Virus record (IMG/VR): IMGVR_UViG_3300045988_020466
Span: 1 to 5,683 of that record
Reading direction: 5' to 3' (one strand)
Source: a virus
Length of the DNA stretch: 5,683 nucleotides
The notes under the pieces were generated by a model. That model ran no database searches. It was given only the letters and a program-made list of their open reading frames with translations, and was not told the DNA's origin. Positions 1 to 5,412 of the stretch are shown in pieces. A program made the translations under genes and the position numbers. Each line of letters starts with the position of its first letter. The first letter of the stretch is position 1.

Positions 1-55
1 GCGACTTCTACTTCTTCTTCATCCCGTCGCGTCTGCTCTGGGAACACTTCGAAAA
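1..55. repeat. Terminal redundancy: 1..55 is identical to 5629..5683, so the window is a circular genome of 5628 nt opened inside the VP1 gene
   Basis: Exact 55-nt match (gcgacttctacttcttcttcatcccgtcgcgtctgctctgggaacacttcgaaaa) at both window ends. The reading frame is continuous across the junction, since 5628 is a multiple of 3. Confidence 0.9.
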
Positions 56-1370
56 CCTGATGGGACAAAACGACTCCACCTTCTGGGCAGAGAACGTGGA
101 ATACACAACGCCGAAAACAACTGCGCCGGAAGGCGGCTGGAAAGTGGGAACGCTGGCAGACTACTTCGGCATTCCGACCGGGGTAGCAAACCTTCAGGTA
201 AACTCACTGCCGTTCAGAGCATATGCAAAAGTCTGGAACGAATGGTTCAGAGACGAAAACCTGCAGCAGCCTGTCACGATGAGCAAGACAGACGCAACGA
301 CCGCAGGAAGCAATACCGGCACGAACCTCACGGACGCAGAAGCGGGCGGTCTGCCGCTGAAAGTGTGCAAGTACAAAGACTACTTCACAAGCTGCCTGCC
401 GAGTCCGCAGAAGGGCGAGGCTGTAAAGCTGCCCATGAGCGGTAACGCACCGGTTCTGGGGTACAAAACAGCACAAAGAGAAACGCCCAATGATGGCAAA
501 TACCCTCAAGGCCCAATTAGCAGCCTTGAAAGCTATCCCGCACTAATGGGCGTGGCGGGCTCGACACCGACGGGAACCGTATACCTTGGTGCAAGACTCG
601 ACCAATTAACCGCAGCAACGATCAACGAGTTACGCCAGGCGATCGCAGTGCAACACATCCTGGAACGCGATGCCAGAACCGGCACCAGGTACAAAGAGTA
701 CCTCAAAGGGGCGTGGGGTGTGACGAGTCCTGATGCACGTCTTGACCGGTCGGAGTACATCGGCGGCTACAGACTGCCCATCAACATCAACCAGGTCATC
801 CAGACATCGGCGACCGACACGACCAGTCCGCAGGGCAACACGGCAGCGTTCTCCATGACAACCATGAGCCGGAACATGGCTACCTACTCGGCGACCGAAC
901 ACGGCTTTATCCTGGGCCTGGCAGCGGTGCGAGTAGATCACAGCTATCAGCAGGGCTTGTCTCGTATGTGGACGCGCAGCACTCGCTTCAGCTACTATGA
1001 CCCGATGCTCGCAAACCTCGGCGAGCAGGCAGTGCTTAATCAGGAGATCTATGCACAGGGTACGGCGGTGGACGAAGAGGTCTTCGGCTATCAGGAAGCA
1101 TGGGCGGATTATCGCTACCGCACCAACATGATCACCGGCGAAATGCGCAGCACCTACAAGCAGACTCTGGACGCATGGCACTATGCAGACAAGTACGACA
1201 AGCTGCCTACTCTCTCCAGTGACTGGATCAAAGAGGGTACGGAGAACATCGATCGCACGATTGCAGTGCAGTCGGACAACAGCCGTCAGTTTATCTGCAA
1301 CTTCTACTTCGACCAGACATGGACGCGGGCGATGCCGATCTACAGCCTGCCGGGCCTCGATACGATCTAA
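1..1370 (+). CDS. VP1: Major capsid protein VP1 (gokushovirus F-like), C-terminal 456 codons; the N-terminal part is at 5409..5628 across the circular junction, giving about 529 aa in total
   Basis: Long ORF ending at TAA 1368-1370. It is in frame with the ORF starting at ATG 5409. The joined N-terminus MNRNAEQHYSQVPHANVPRARFKRDYSLLTTMNEGDLVPIYCDEVLPADT...DNCYCDFYFFFIPSRLLWEHFENL matches the conserved gokushovirus VP1 N-terminal region from memory. Size is typical for VP1. Confidence 0.88.
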   Translation, partial: DFYFFFIPSRLLWEHFENLMGQNDSTFWAENVEYTTPKTTAPEGGWKVGTLADYFGIPTGVANLQVNSLPFRAYAKVWNEWFRDENLQQPVTMSKTDATTAGSNTGTNLTDAEAGGLPLKVCKYKDYFTSCLPSPQKGEAVKLPMSGNAPVLGYKTAQRETPNDGKYPQGPISSLESYPALMGVAGSTPTGTVYLGARLDQLTAATINELRQAIAVQHILERDARTGTRYKEYLKGAWGVTSPDARLDRSEYIGGYRLPININQVIQTSATDTTSPQGNTAAFSMTTMSRNMATYSATEHGFILGLAAVRVDHSYQQGLSRMWTRSTRFSYYDPMLANLGEQAVLNQEIYAQGTAVDEEVFGYQEAWADYRYRTNMITGEMRSTYKQTLDAWHYADKYDKLPTLSSDWIKEGTENIDRTIAVQSDNSRQFICNFYFDQTWTRAMPIYSLPGLDTI

Positions 1371-1382
1371 GGAGGTGCAGCA

Positions 1383-2309
1383 ATGGCACTATCCTTGATG
1401 GGCCTGATCAAGGGCGGTCTGACTCTGGCAAGCACGCTGTCGAGCATCTACAGCAGCATCAAAGGGAGCACCTCGAGCGCAAGACAGCAAGGCACGATGC
1501 AAAACACTGTCCAAAGCGGCACGACCACGGGAACAACCGCACAGGACACCACGAGCACAGGCGGGAGCACTCAGACCGGCAACACCGGAGCGCTGGGAAA
1601 CCTGCTGTCAACGGCTCTGGGAACGCCTACAGGCAACAACGCCGGAGCAGCAGCAGAGTTTAATGCAGGTCAGACACAGACAGCCAACAATCTGCAAAAC
1701 GGTATGTGGAGCCTGGGCAACGTCATCAACCTGGGAAGTATGCTGGCATCCAACGCGATGAGTGCAGCAAGCCAAAGCAGCGCTATGCGGTACAACTCCA
1801 AAGAGGCCAAAGCTCAAAGAGACTGGCAGGAGCGTATGAGCAGCACAAGCTATCAAAGAGGCGTGGCAGACCTCAAAGCAGCAGGGCTCAACCCTGTACT
1901 GGCAGCATATAACGGCTTTGGAGAACAGACGCCGTCGGGCGGCTACGGAAGTCTGGGCGGGGGTCAGACCTTCGGCCATACTCAGGCTATGGCAATACCA
2001 ACGGCAAAAAATGCGACCATGCAAGCCATGTACGACTATGGCAACAACACAGCCCAGATCGTCGAGAACTATCAAAATGCCATCAACAGTGCAAAGCAGT
2101 CCTCGGACTACTGGACAGCCGAACACCTCGAACAGATGCAGCAGCAGACCGTGAGCAGCAGCGCTCAGACCGTGGGTCAGCTGGCCGAAGCCGAAAGGAG
2201 CAGCAGCGCTCAGACCTCGAACACCAGAGAGACCACCGACAGCAAACAGACCAACGTAGCCGGTGAGCTGTCCGGTGAATGGACAAACAAAAAACAGGGC
2301 AGAAGATAG
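1383..2309 (+). CDS. VP2: Minor capsid / DNA pilot protein VP2 (308 aa)
   Basis: Strong RBS AAGGAGG at 1369-1375 lies 7 nt before ATG 1383. The product is Gly/Ser/Thr/Gln-rich and low-complexity, with the conserved core AQRDWQERMSSTSYQRGVADLKAAGLNPVLA typical of gokushovirus VP2. It sits immediately downstream of VP1, as in gokushoviruses. Confidence 0.8.
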   Translation: MALSLMGLIKGGLTLASTLSSIYSSIKGSTSSARQQGTMQNTVQSGTTTGTTAQDTTSTGGSTQTGNTGALGNLLSTALGTPTGNNAGAAAEFNAGQTQTANNLQNGMWSLGNVINLGSMLASNAMSAASQSSAMRYNSKEAKAQRDWQERMSSTSYQRGVADLKAAGLNPVLAAYNGFGEQTPSGGYGSLGGGQTFGHTQAMAIPTAKNATMQAMYDYGNNTAQIVENYQNAINSAKQSSDYWTAEHLEQMQQQTVSSSAQTVGQLAEAERSSSAQTSNTRETTDSKQTNVAGELSGEWTNKKQGRR

Positions 2310-2338
2310 TTGACAAACACAGAAAAGGGGTGTATATT
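2310..2338 (+). promoter_or_regulatory. Sigma70-type promoter P1: TTGACA (2310-2315), 17-nt spacer, TATATT (2333-2338) preceded by TG
   Basis: Consensus -35 hexamer, 17-bp spacer, and a 5/6 -10 hexamer. It lies directly after the VP2 stop and about 40 nt upstream of the RBS and ATG of the 70-aa ORF. Confidence 0.6.
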
Positions 2339-2378
2339 ATGAGTGTACCAATCACACACTTAGGTTAGGAGGATAACC

Positions 2379-2591
2379 ATGAGGAGTCAGATCACAAAGA
2401 GATTTAACATCAACCTGACAGATAAAGAACAGGCAGCACTAAAAAACCTGACGGAAGAGTATGCAAACCGAAACTGGAAAGCAAACACTTCAGACATCAT
2501 CAGGGACGCTATCGTATACTACAGCGAAAAGATGACAGACTATAAAATTGCAGCAGAAGCAATCAGCGAAGAGGAAGACTTGCCCTTCTAA
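2379..2591 (+). CDS. 70-aa ribbon-helix-helix (Arc/MetJ/CopG-like) putative DNA-binding transcriptional regulator
   Basis: RBS AGGAGG at 2367-2372 lies 6 nt before ATG 2379. The N-terminus KRFNINLTD has an alternating polar/hydrophobic beta-strand pattern with basic residues. It is followed by helix A (KEQAALKNLTEEYA), a short turn, and helix B starting with an N-cap (NTSDIIRDAIVYY). This is the classic RHH topology. The fold assignment is by eye only. Confidence 0.5.
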   Translation: MRSQITKRFNINLTDKEQAALKNLTEEYANRNWKANTSDIIRDAIVYYSEKMTDYKIAAEAISEEEDLPF

Positions 2592-2602
2592 GAGACGATT
2601 TT

Positions 2603-2618
2603 GCCGGGCAGACCCGGC
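2603..2618 (+). other. Short GC-rich hairpin (GCCGGG-caga-CCCGGC) downstream of the RHH ORF; a U-run (2645-2650) follows at a distance
   Basis: 6-bp perfect GC stem with a 4-nt loop. The T-tract is about 25 nt downstream, so this is not a canonical intrinsic terminator. Confidence 0.25.
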
Positions 2619-2671
2619 CAAATCTGCAACATTTATCCATAGGTTTTTTTAAGAAAGTGCTAAATTTTGTG

Positions 2672-2716
2672 TCAGTGGGCCCCTATAACATCAAGAGGGT
2701 TATAGGGGCCCACTGA
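2672..2716. repeat. Perfect 18-bp inverted repeat with a 9-nt loop (tcagtgggcccctataac-atcaagagg-gttataggggcccactga), immediately upstream of the VP4 gene
   Basis: The left arm 2672-2689 is the exact reverse complement of the right arm 2699-2716. It is the largest perfect palindrome in the genome. No T-tract follows it, so it is not a standard terminator. Confidence 0.85.
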
Positions 2717-2737
2717 GGAAAGGCGCAGCGAAACTAT

Positions 2738-3847
2738 ATGTCATGTACAAGACCGCTCGTCAGAATACCGACAAAAGATGGTGATTACCGCGTAGTAAGC
2801 CTAAAAGGATACTTGAGTCACAGCGGTAAAAACCTCGAAATAGTCGCAGATAAAGAGCGTCAGAACCTGAACGAGAAAAAAATCAAAGAGCTGATAAGGG
2901 ACCAGGAAGCGCAGCTGCTACCGTGCGGACAATGTCCGGGATGCAAAATGGCAGCAGCATCCAGCTGGGCGAACAGAATGGAGCTAGAGCTTCCGTATCA
3001 TCAGAATGCGTGGTTTATCACGTTTACATACGATGACGAGAACGTGCCATACCGAATGACATGGGACGAAGGAACAGGCGAAATGCTGGTAGAAAATTAC
3101 AGTCTCCGCTACGAAGACATGCAGAAATTCTGGAAACGCCTCAGAAGGTACATGGAGTATCACAAGATAAACAACGGAAAACTGATGTACTTCCAGTGTG
3201 GTGAATATGGTGGAAAAACACACAGACCACATTATCATGCGATCGTGTACGACATACCATTCACCAAAGAAGACCTAAAGGTCTACAAAAAGAAAAACGG
3301 CGCTGTATATTACAACGTCGATTGGTTTACCGAACTATGGGGCATGGGCCATGTGGTCATCGCAGCAGCAGAGTGGAAAGCGATGGCATACACAGCAAGA
3401 TACACCACGAAAAAGGTCTATGGAAAGGAAGGAAAAGAATTTTACAAAGAGCTGGGAATTTTACCTGAGAAGTGCAGCATGAGCAAAAGACCAGCGATTG
3501 GAGCAAAATACTTCGAAGAACATAGCGAAGAAATCTATGCAAAAGACAAAATCCAGCTGAAGAACGGAAAAGTTTGCAAACCGCCAAGGTATTTTGATAA
3601 GCTATACGATGCACAGTGTCTGAGAAAACCACTCACAGACAAAGAGGTAGAAGACATTGAGCTGACAATAGAAAAAGCCGAGTCCGATGAGCTCAAAGCG
3701 ATAAAGAGAAAACGTCGCAAGTTAGCAAACGACGCACTCTTCGCCAAGCTCAAGCAGAACAACGGCTTAACCATGCAAGAGTATTATAACAAAGAGGAAC
3801 AGAAAATACAAGACAGGTTCAGAAAACTCATCCGGGAAGAAATCTAA
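2738..3847 (+). CDS. VP4: Replication initiator protein VP4 (HUH rolling-circle endonuclease, phiX174 gpA-like), 369 aa
   Basis: Motif I FITFTYDD, motif II HRPHYHAIVYDIPF (HUH), and motif III AYTARYTTKKVYG (two catalytic Tyr spaced as in phiX174 gpA YVAKYVNKK) are present. There is an N-terminal MSCTRPL and a CGQCPGC zinc-ribbon-like motif. All of this is typical of gokushovirus VP4. Confidence 0.88.
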   Translation: MSCTRPLVRIPTKDGDYRVVSLKGYLSHSGKNLEIVADKERQNLNEKKIKELIRDQEAQLLPCGQCPGCKMAAASSWANRMELELPYHQNAWFITFTYDDENVPYRMTWDEGTGEMLVENYSLRYEDMQKFWKRLRRYMEYHKINNGKLMYFQCGEYGGKTHRPHYHAIVYDIPFTKEDLKVYKKKNGAVYYNVDWFTELWGMGHVVIAAAEWKAMAYTARYTTKKVYGKEGKEFYKELGILPEKCSMSKRPAIGAKYFEEHSEEIYAKDKIQLKNGKVCKPPRYFDKLYDAQCLRKPLTDKEVEDIELTIEKAESDELKAIKRKRRKLANDALFAKLKQNNGLTMQEYYNKEEQKIQDRFRKLIREEI

Positions 3848-3871
3848 GGAACGGCTAAATAAGGGAATGCA

Positions 3872-3910
3872 GACGGCGTGGCCTCGAAAGGCTGCGCCGT
3901 CCTTTTCATT
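3872..3910 (+). terminator. Rho-independent terminator after VP4
   Basis: A 12-bp GC-rich stem (gacggcgtggcc / ggctgcgccgtc, with two G-U pairs in RNA) and a 6-nt loop, followed by CUUUUCAUU. Confidence 0.6.
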
Positions 3911-3953
3911 CGGCGCACCGCGCCGACCGGACGGCCTTAAACTCAAAAAGTGC

Positions 3954-3982
3954 TTGACAAGTGTATAATTTAGGTGTATAAT
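3954..3982 (+). promoter_or_regulatory. Perfect-consensus sigma70 promoter P2: TTGACA (3954-3959), 17-nt spacer, TATAAT (3977-3982)
   Basis: Both hexamers match consensus exactly with optimal 17-bp spacing. It lies 28 nt upstream of ATG 4010. It contains tandem GTGTATAAT repeats. Confidence 0.7.
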
Positions 3983-4009
3983 AAAGGTGTAGAAAGGACG
4001 GTGCTTAAA

Positions 4010-4192
4010 ATGACCGAAATCGAAAAAATCAAAAAGAGCATCCAGAACCAGATAGATCAACAGGAAAGAAACTACTACAAAGACCTTAAGAGCAAAGCAA
4101 AGCACACAGATGGTACAGAGATGTACAAAGTAGACAGCCACAAAATCGAAGCGCTGGAAGTAGCACTGAGAATAATCGAAATGTATGAATAA
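4010..4192 (+). CDS. Hypothetical 60-aa highly charged, helical protein (MTEIEKIKKSIQNQIDQQERNYYKDLKSKAKHTDGTEMYKVDSHKIEALEVALRIIEMYE)
   Basis: ATG 4010 lies downstream of the predicted P2 start site, with AAAGGA 11 nt upstream. The GTG at 3974 given in the ORF track lies inside the -10 element and is unlikely to be the start. The ORF is flanked by its own promoter and terminator. I do not recognise a family. Confidence 0.55.
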   Translation: MTEIEKIKKSIQNQIDQQERNYYKDLKSKAKHTDGTEMYKVDSHKIEALEVALRIIEMYE

Positions 4193-4195
4193 ACC

Positions 4196-4242
4196 AAAAA
4201 ACGTGAGGTTGACGAAAATCAGCCTTGCGTTTTTTTTTTTTT
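4196..4242 (+). terminator. Rho-independent terminator, a hairpin flanked by an A-tract and a 13-T tract, which could also act bidirectionally
   Basis: The structure is aaaaaacg-tga-GGTTGA-cgaaaa-TCAGCC-ttg-cgtttttttttttttt. The stem is interrupted, with 13 consecutive T at 4230-4242. It lies immediately after the stop of the 60-aa ORF. Confidence 0.6.
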
Positions 4243-4250
4243 GGTAAAAT
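4242..4250 (+). promoter_or_regulatory. Candidate extended -10 promoter (TGgTAAAAT) for the late gene cluster
   Basis: It matches the TGnTAnAAT pattern. No good -35 is present: TTGCGT lies 14 nt upstream, which is suboptimal. It sits upstream of the VP8-like / VP5 / VP3 / VP1 cluster. Confidence 0.3.
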
Positions 4251-4353
4251 TGACATAGAAAACCAGCACCACAAAACGAAAGGAGAAAGCTGCCTCCAGT
4301 GCTGGTGATCTGTGCTTCATTTATACAAATATGGAAAGAAGGGAGGTGTTGCC

Positions 4354-4458
4354 ATGATCACTTTAAAAGACGTGAAGGGTATCTTCAACCAGCTGCGCAA
4401 GATTTTGGCCATGCTGGATAAGATTTACCACGCACTCAACCTGGATAAGGAGGAATAA
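4354..4458 (+). CDS. Hypothetical 34-aa amphipathic helical peptide (MITLKDVKGIFNQLRKILAMLDKIYHALNLDKEE)
   Basis: Strong RBS GAAGGGAGG lies 7 nt upstream of ATG 4354. The stop is 1 nt before the next gene's ATG. It is a small ORF of uncertain reality. Confidence 0.4.
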   Translation: MITLKDVKGIFNQLRKILAMLDKIYHALNLDKEE

Positions 4459-4459
4459 T

Positions 4460-4579
4460 ATGGCACATCGTATGCCGGTCAACCCGAAAAAGGACAAGCG
4501 GGTGTTTACCAACACCGCGAAGAAAACCAAGAAGATCAACGTCAACCCGAAGCCGTCGAGAGGAGGCATCAGGCTGTGA
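4460..4579 (+). CDS. VP8: Small basic DNA-binding protein (gokushovirus ORF8/VP8-like, phiX174 J analogue), 39 aa
   Basis: RBS AAGGAGG at 4448-4454 lies 5 nt before ATG 4460. The product MAHRMPVNPKKDKRVFTNTAKKTKKINVNPKPSRGGIRL is very K/R-rich and ends in RGGIRL. This resembles the C-terminal RGGIRF of the chlamydiaphage ORF8 protein, as I recall it. Confidence 0.6.
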   Translation: MAHRMPVNPKKDKRVFTNTAKKTKKINVNPKPSRGGIRL

Positions 4580-4668
4580 ACGAAGTACAGCTTATCATCA
4601 AGGTAATAACGCTCAGTCTGCTCATCGCAGATCTGTACATGATCGTCAAAATGATTCGGAGGAAATAA
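4576..4668 (+). CDS. 30-aa single-pass transmembrane peptide (MNEVQLIIKVITLSLLIADLYMIVKMIRRK), a candidate lysis or membrane peptide
   Basis: The GTG start overlaps the TGA stop of the upstream gene (ctGTGA). The RBS GAGAGGAGG (4558-4566) lies 9 nt upstream. The product has a roughly 22-residue hydrophobic core and a basic C-terminal tail (RRK). Its stop is 2 nt before the VP5 ATG. Confidence 0.4.
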   Translation: MNEVQLIIKVITLSLLIADLYMIVKMIRRK

Positions 4669-4670
4669 AG

Positions 4671-4934
4671 ATGGAATTCCAGATATACGCAATCAAGGAC
4701 GAACTTGCCGGGACCTTCGGCAATCTGATGGTGGTCAACGAAAAGGTGGCCGATCGAACAATGAAGTGGATGGCCCAGGAGATGGAGAAGGCCGACTGCG
4801 AAGATAAGCGGGTCTATCTGATGGGCAGCTACGACAACGAGACCGGCCTGATCAGGCCGGAGCAGATGCCGCGTCTGAGCTACAATCTCGAGTTGATGAA
4901 AAAGGAGCAGACGAATGGGAGTCAGAATCTTTAA
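4671..4934 (+). CDS. VP5: VP5-like protein (gokushovirus ORF5; ssDNA synthesis / phiX174 C analogue), 87 aa
   Basis: RBS GGAGG lies 7 nt before ATG 4671. The N-terminal pattern MEFQIYAIKDELAGTFGNLMVVNEKVADRTMKW...EDKRVYLMGSYDNETGLI follows the conserved VP5 signature (IY..KD..a..F..p......A.R.f ... ED..ly.lG.fD.eTG.i). It lies just upstream of VP3, as expected. Confidence 0.6.
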   Translation: MEFQIYAIKDELAGTFGNLMVVNEKVADRTMKWMAQEMEKADCEDKRVYLMGSYDNETGLIRPEQMPRLSYNLELMKKEQTNGSQNL

Positions 4935-5412
4935 GCCCTACGAGGACGAAAAACCGGTGGCACTGCCGAACGAACCGGGAAACCGGTTTGAGCCGGAGTA
5001 CAAGGAGCGGTATGATGACCGCGGACAGCCGTACCTTGAAAAGGTGGGCGAGGTGGACACCTACGAGAAAATCCAGAGCTACAAGGACGAGTGTGACGTT
5101 ATGGCTATCCTGAGCCGATACGCTGCCGGAGACGAGAGCGTCCTGGCAAAACCGGGGTGGTACATCGACACCAGCAAGCTGCCGAAGACCTATACCGAAT
5201 ACATGAACCTGATGAACGAGAAGCGGGAAGAGTTTAACCAACTGCCGCTCAGTATTCGCCAGGCATTCGGCATGAACTTCGAAAACTGGATGGCAACAGC
5301 CGGTGAACAGGAGTGGCTGGACAAAATGGGCATCAAAATTCAGCAGAATGCACAAGAAAAGGTCGATGCTGCCATCGAAGATGTTGTGCAGAAAGGAGAA
5401 AATAAAGAATGA
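4915..5412 (+). CDS. VP3: Internal scaffolding protein VP3 (165 aa)
   Basis: RBS AAAGGAG lies 7 nt before ATG 4915. It overlaps the VP5 3' end by 20 nt in another frame. Its stop overlaps the VP1 start (ATGA at 5409-5412). The product is acidic, with EKIQSYKDECDVMAILSRYAAGD and LPLSIRQAF regions like gokushovirus VP3. It sits directly before VP1. Confidence 0.65.
   Translation: MGVRIFKPYEDEKPVALPNEPGNRFEPEYKERYDDRGQPYLEKVGEVDTYEKIQSYKDECDVMAILSRYAAGDESVLAKPGWYIDTSKLPKTYTEYMNLMNEKREEFNQLPLSIRQAFGMNFENWMATAGEQEWLDKMGIKIQQNAQEKVDAAIEDVVQKGENKE

Noticed and set aside
1319-1663. 114-aa His/Arg-rich ORF on the + strand overlapping VP1 and VP2 in another frame. Similar ones are at 242..445, 1706..1912 and 1918..2154.
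   Set aside because: No Shine-Dalgarno sequence. The composition (R, H, Q, S runs) is what a shifted frame through Gln/Ser/Thr/Gly-rich VP2 codons produces. Overprinting does exist in Microviridae, so a conserved-ORF test in relatives would be needed to revive this.
2320-2347. Resemblance of GGGTGTATATTATGAG to the central region of bacterial dif sites (TGTATATTATG). Some gokushoviruses are reported to integrate via XerC/D at dif-like motifs located after VP2.
   Set aside because: Only the 6-bp central region and 5 of 11 bp of the XerD arm match the E. coli dif from memory. The XerC-arm side does not match. The match is explained by the AT-rich -10 promoter element. It would be worth revisiting only if a 28-bp alignment to the dif of the (unknown) host gave at least 22 of 28 identities.
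3954-3969. Alternative pairing of TTGACA (3954) with the first TATAAT (3964-3969)
   Set aside because: The spacer is only 4 nt. The second TATAAT (3977-3982) gives the optimal 17-nt spacing.
3974-4009. GTG start at 3974 given by the ORF track for a 72-aa version of the small protein
   Set aside because: 3974-3982 is the -10 element region of the consensus promoter and lies upstream of the predicted transcription start. ATG 4010, with AAAGGA upstream, is the plausible start, giving 60 aa.
2379-4192. RHH protein plus the 60-aa protein as a toxin-antitoxin pair
   Set aside because: The genes are 1.4 kb apart with VP4 between them. The 60-aa protein has no resemblance to ParE/RelE/CcdB-type toxins. 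There is no bicistronic arrangement.
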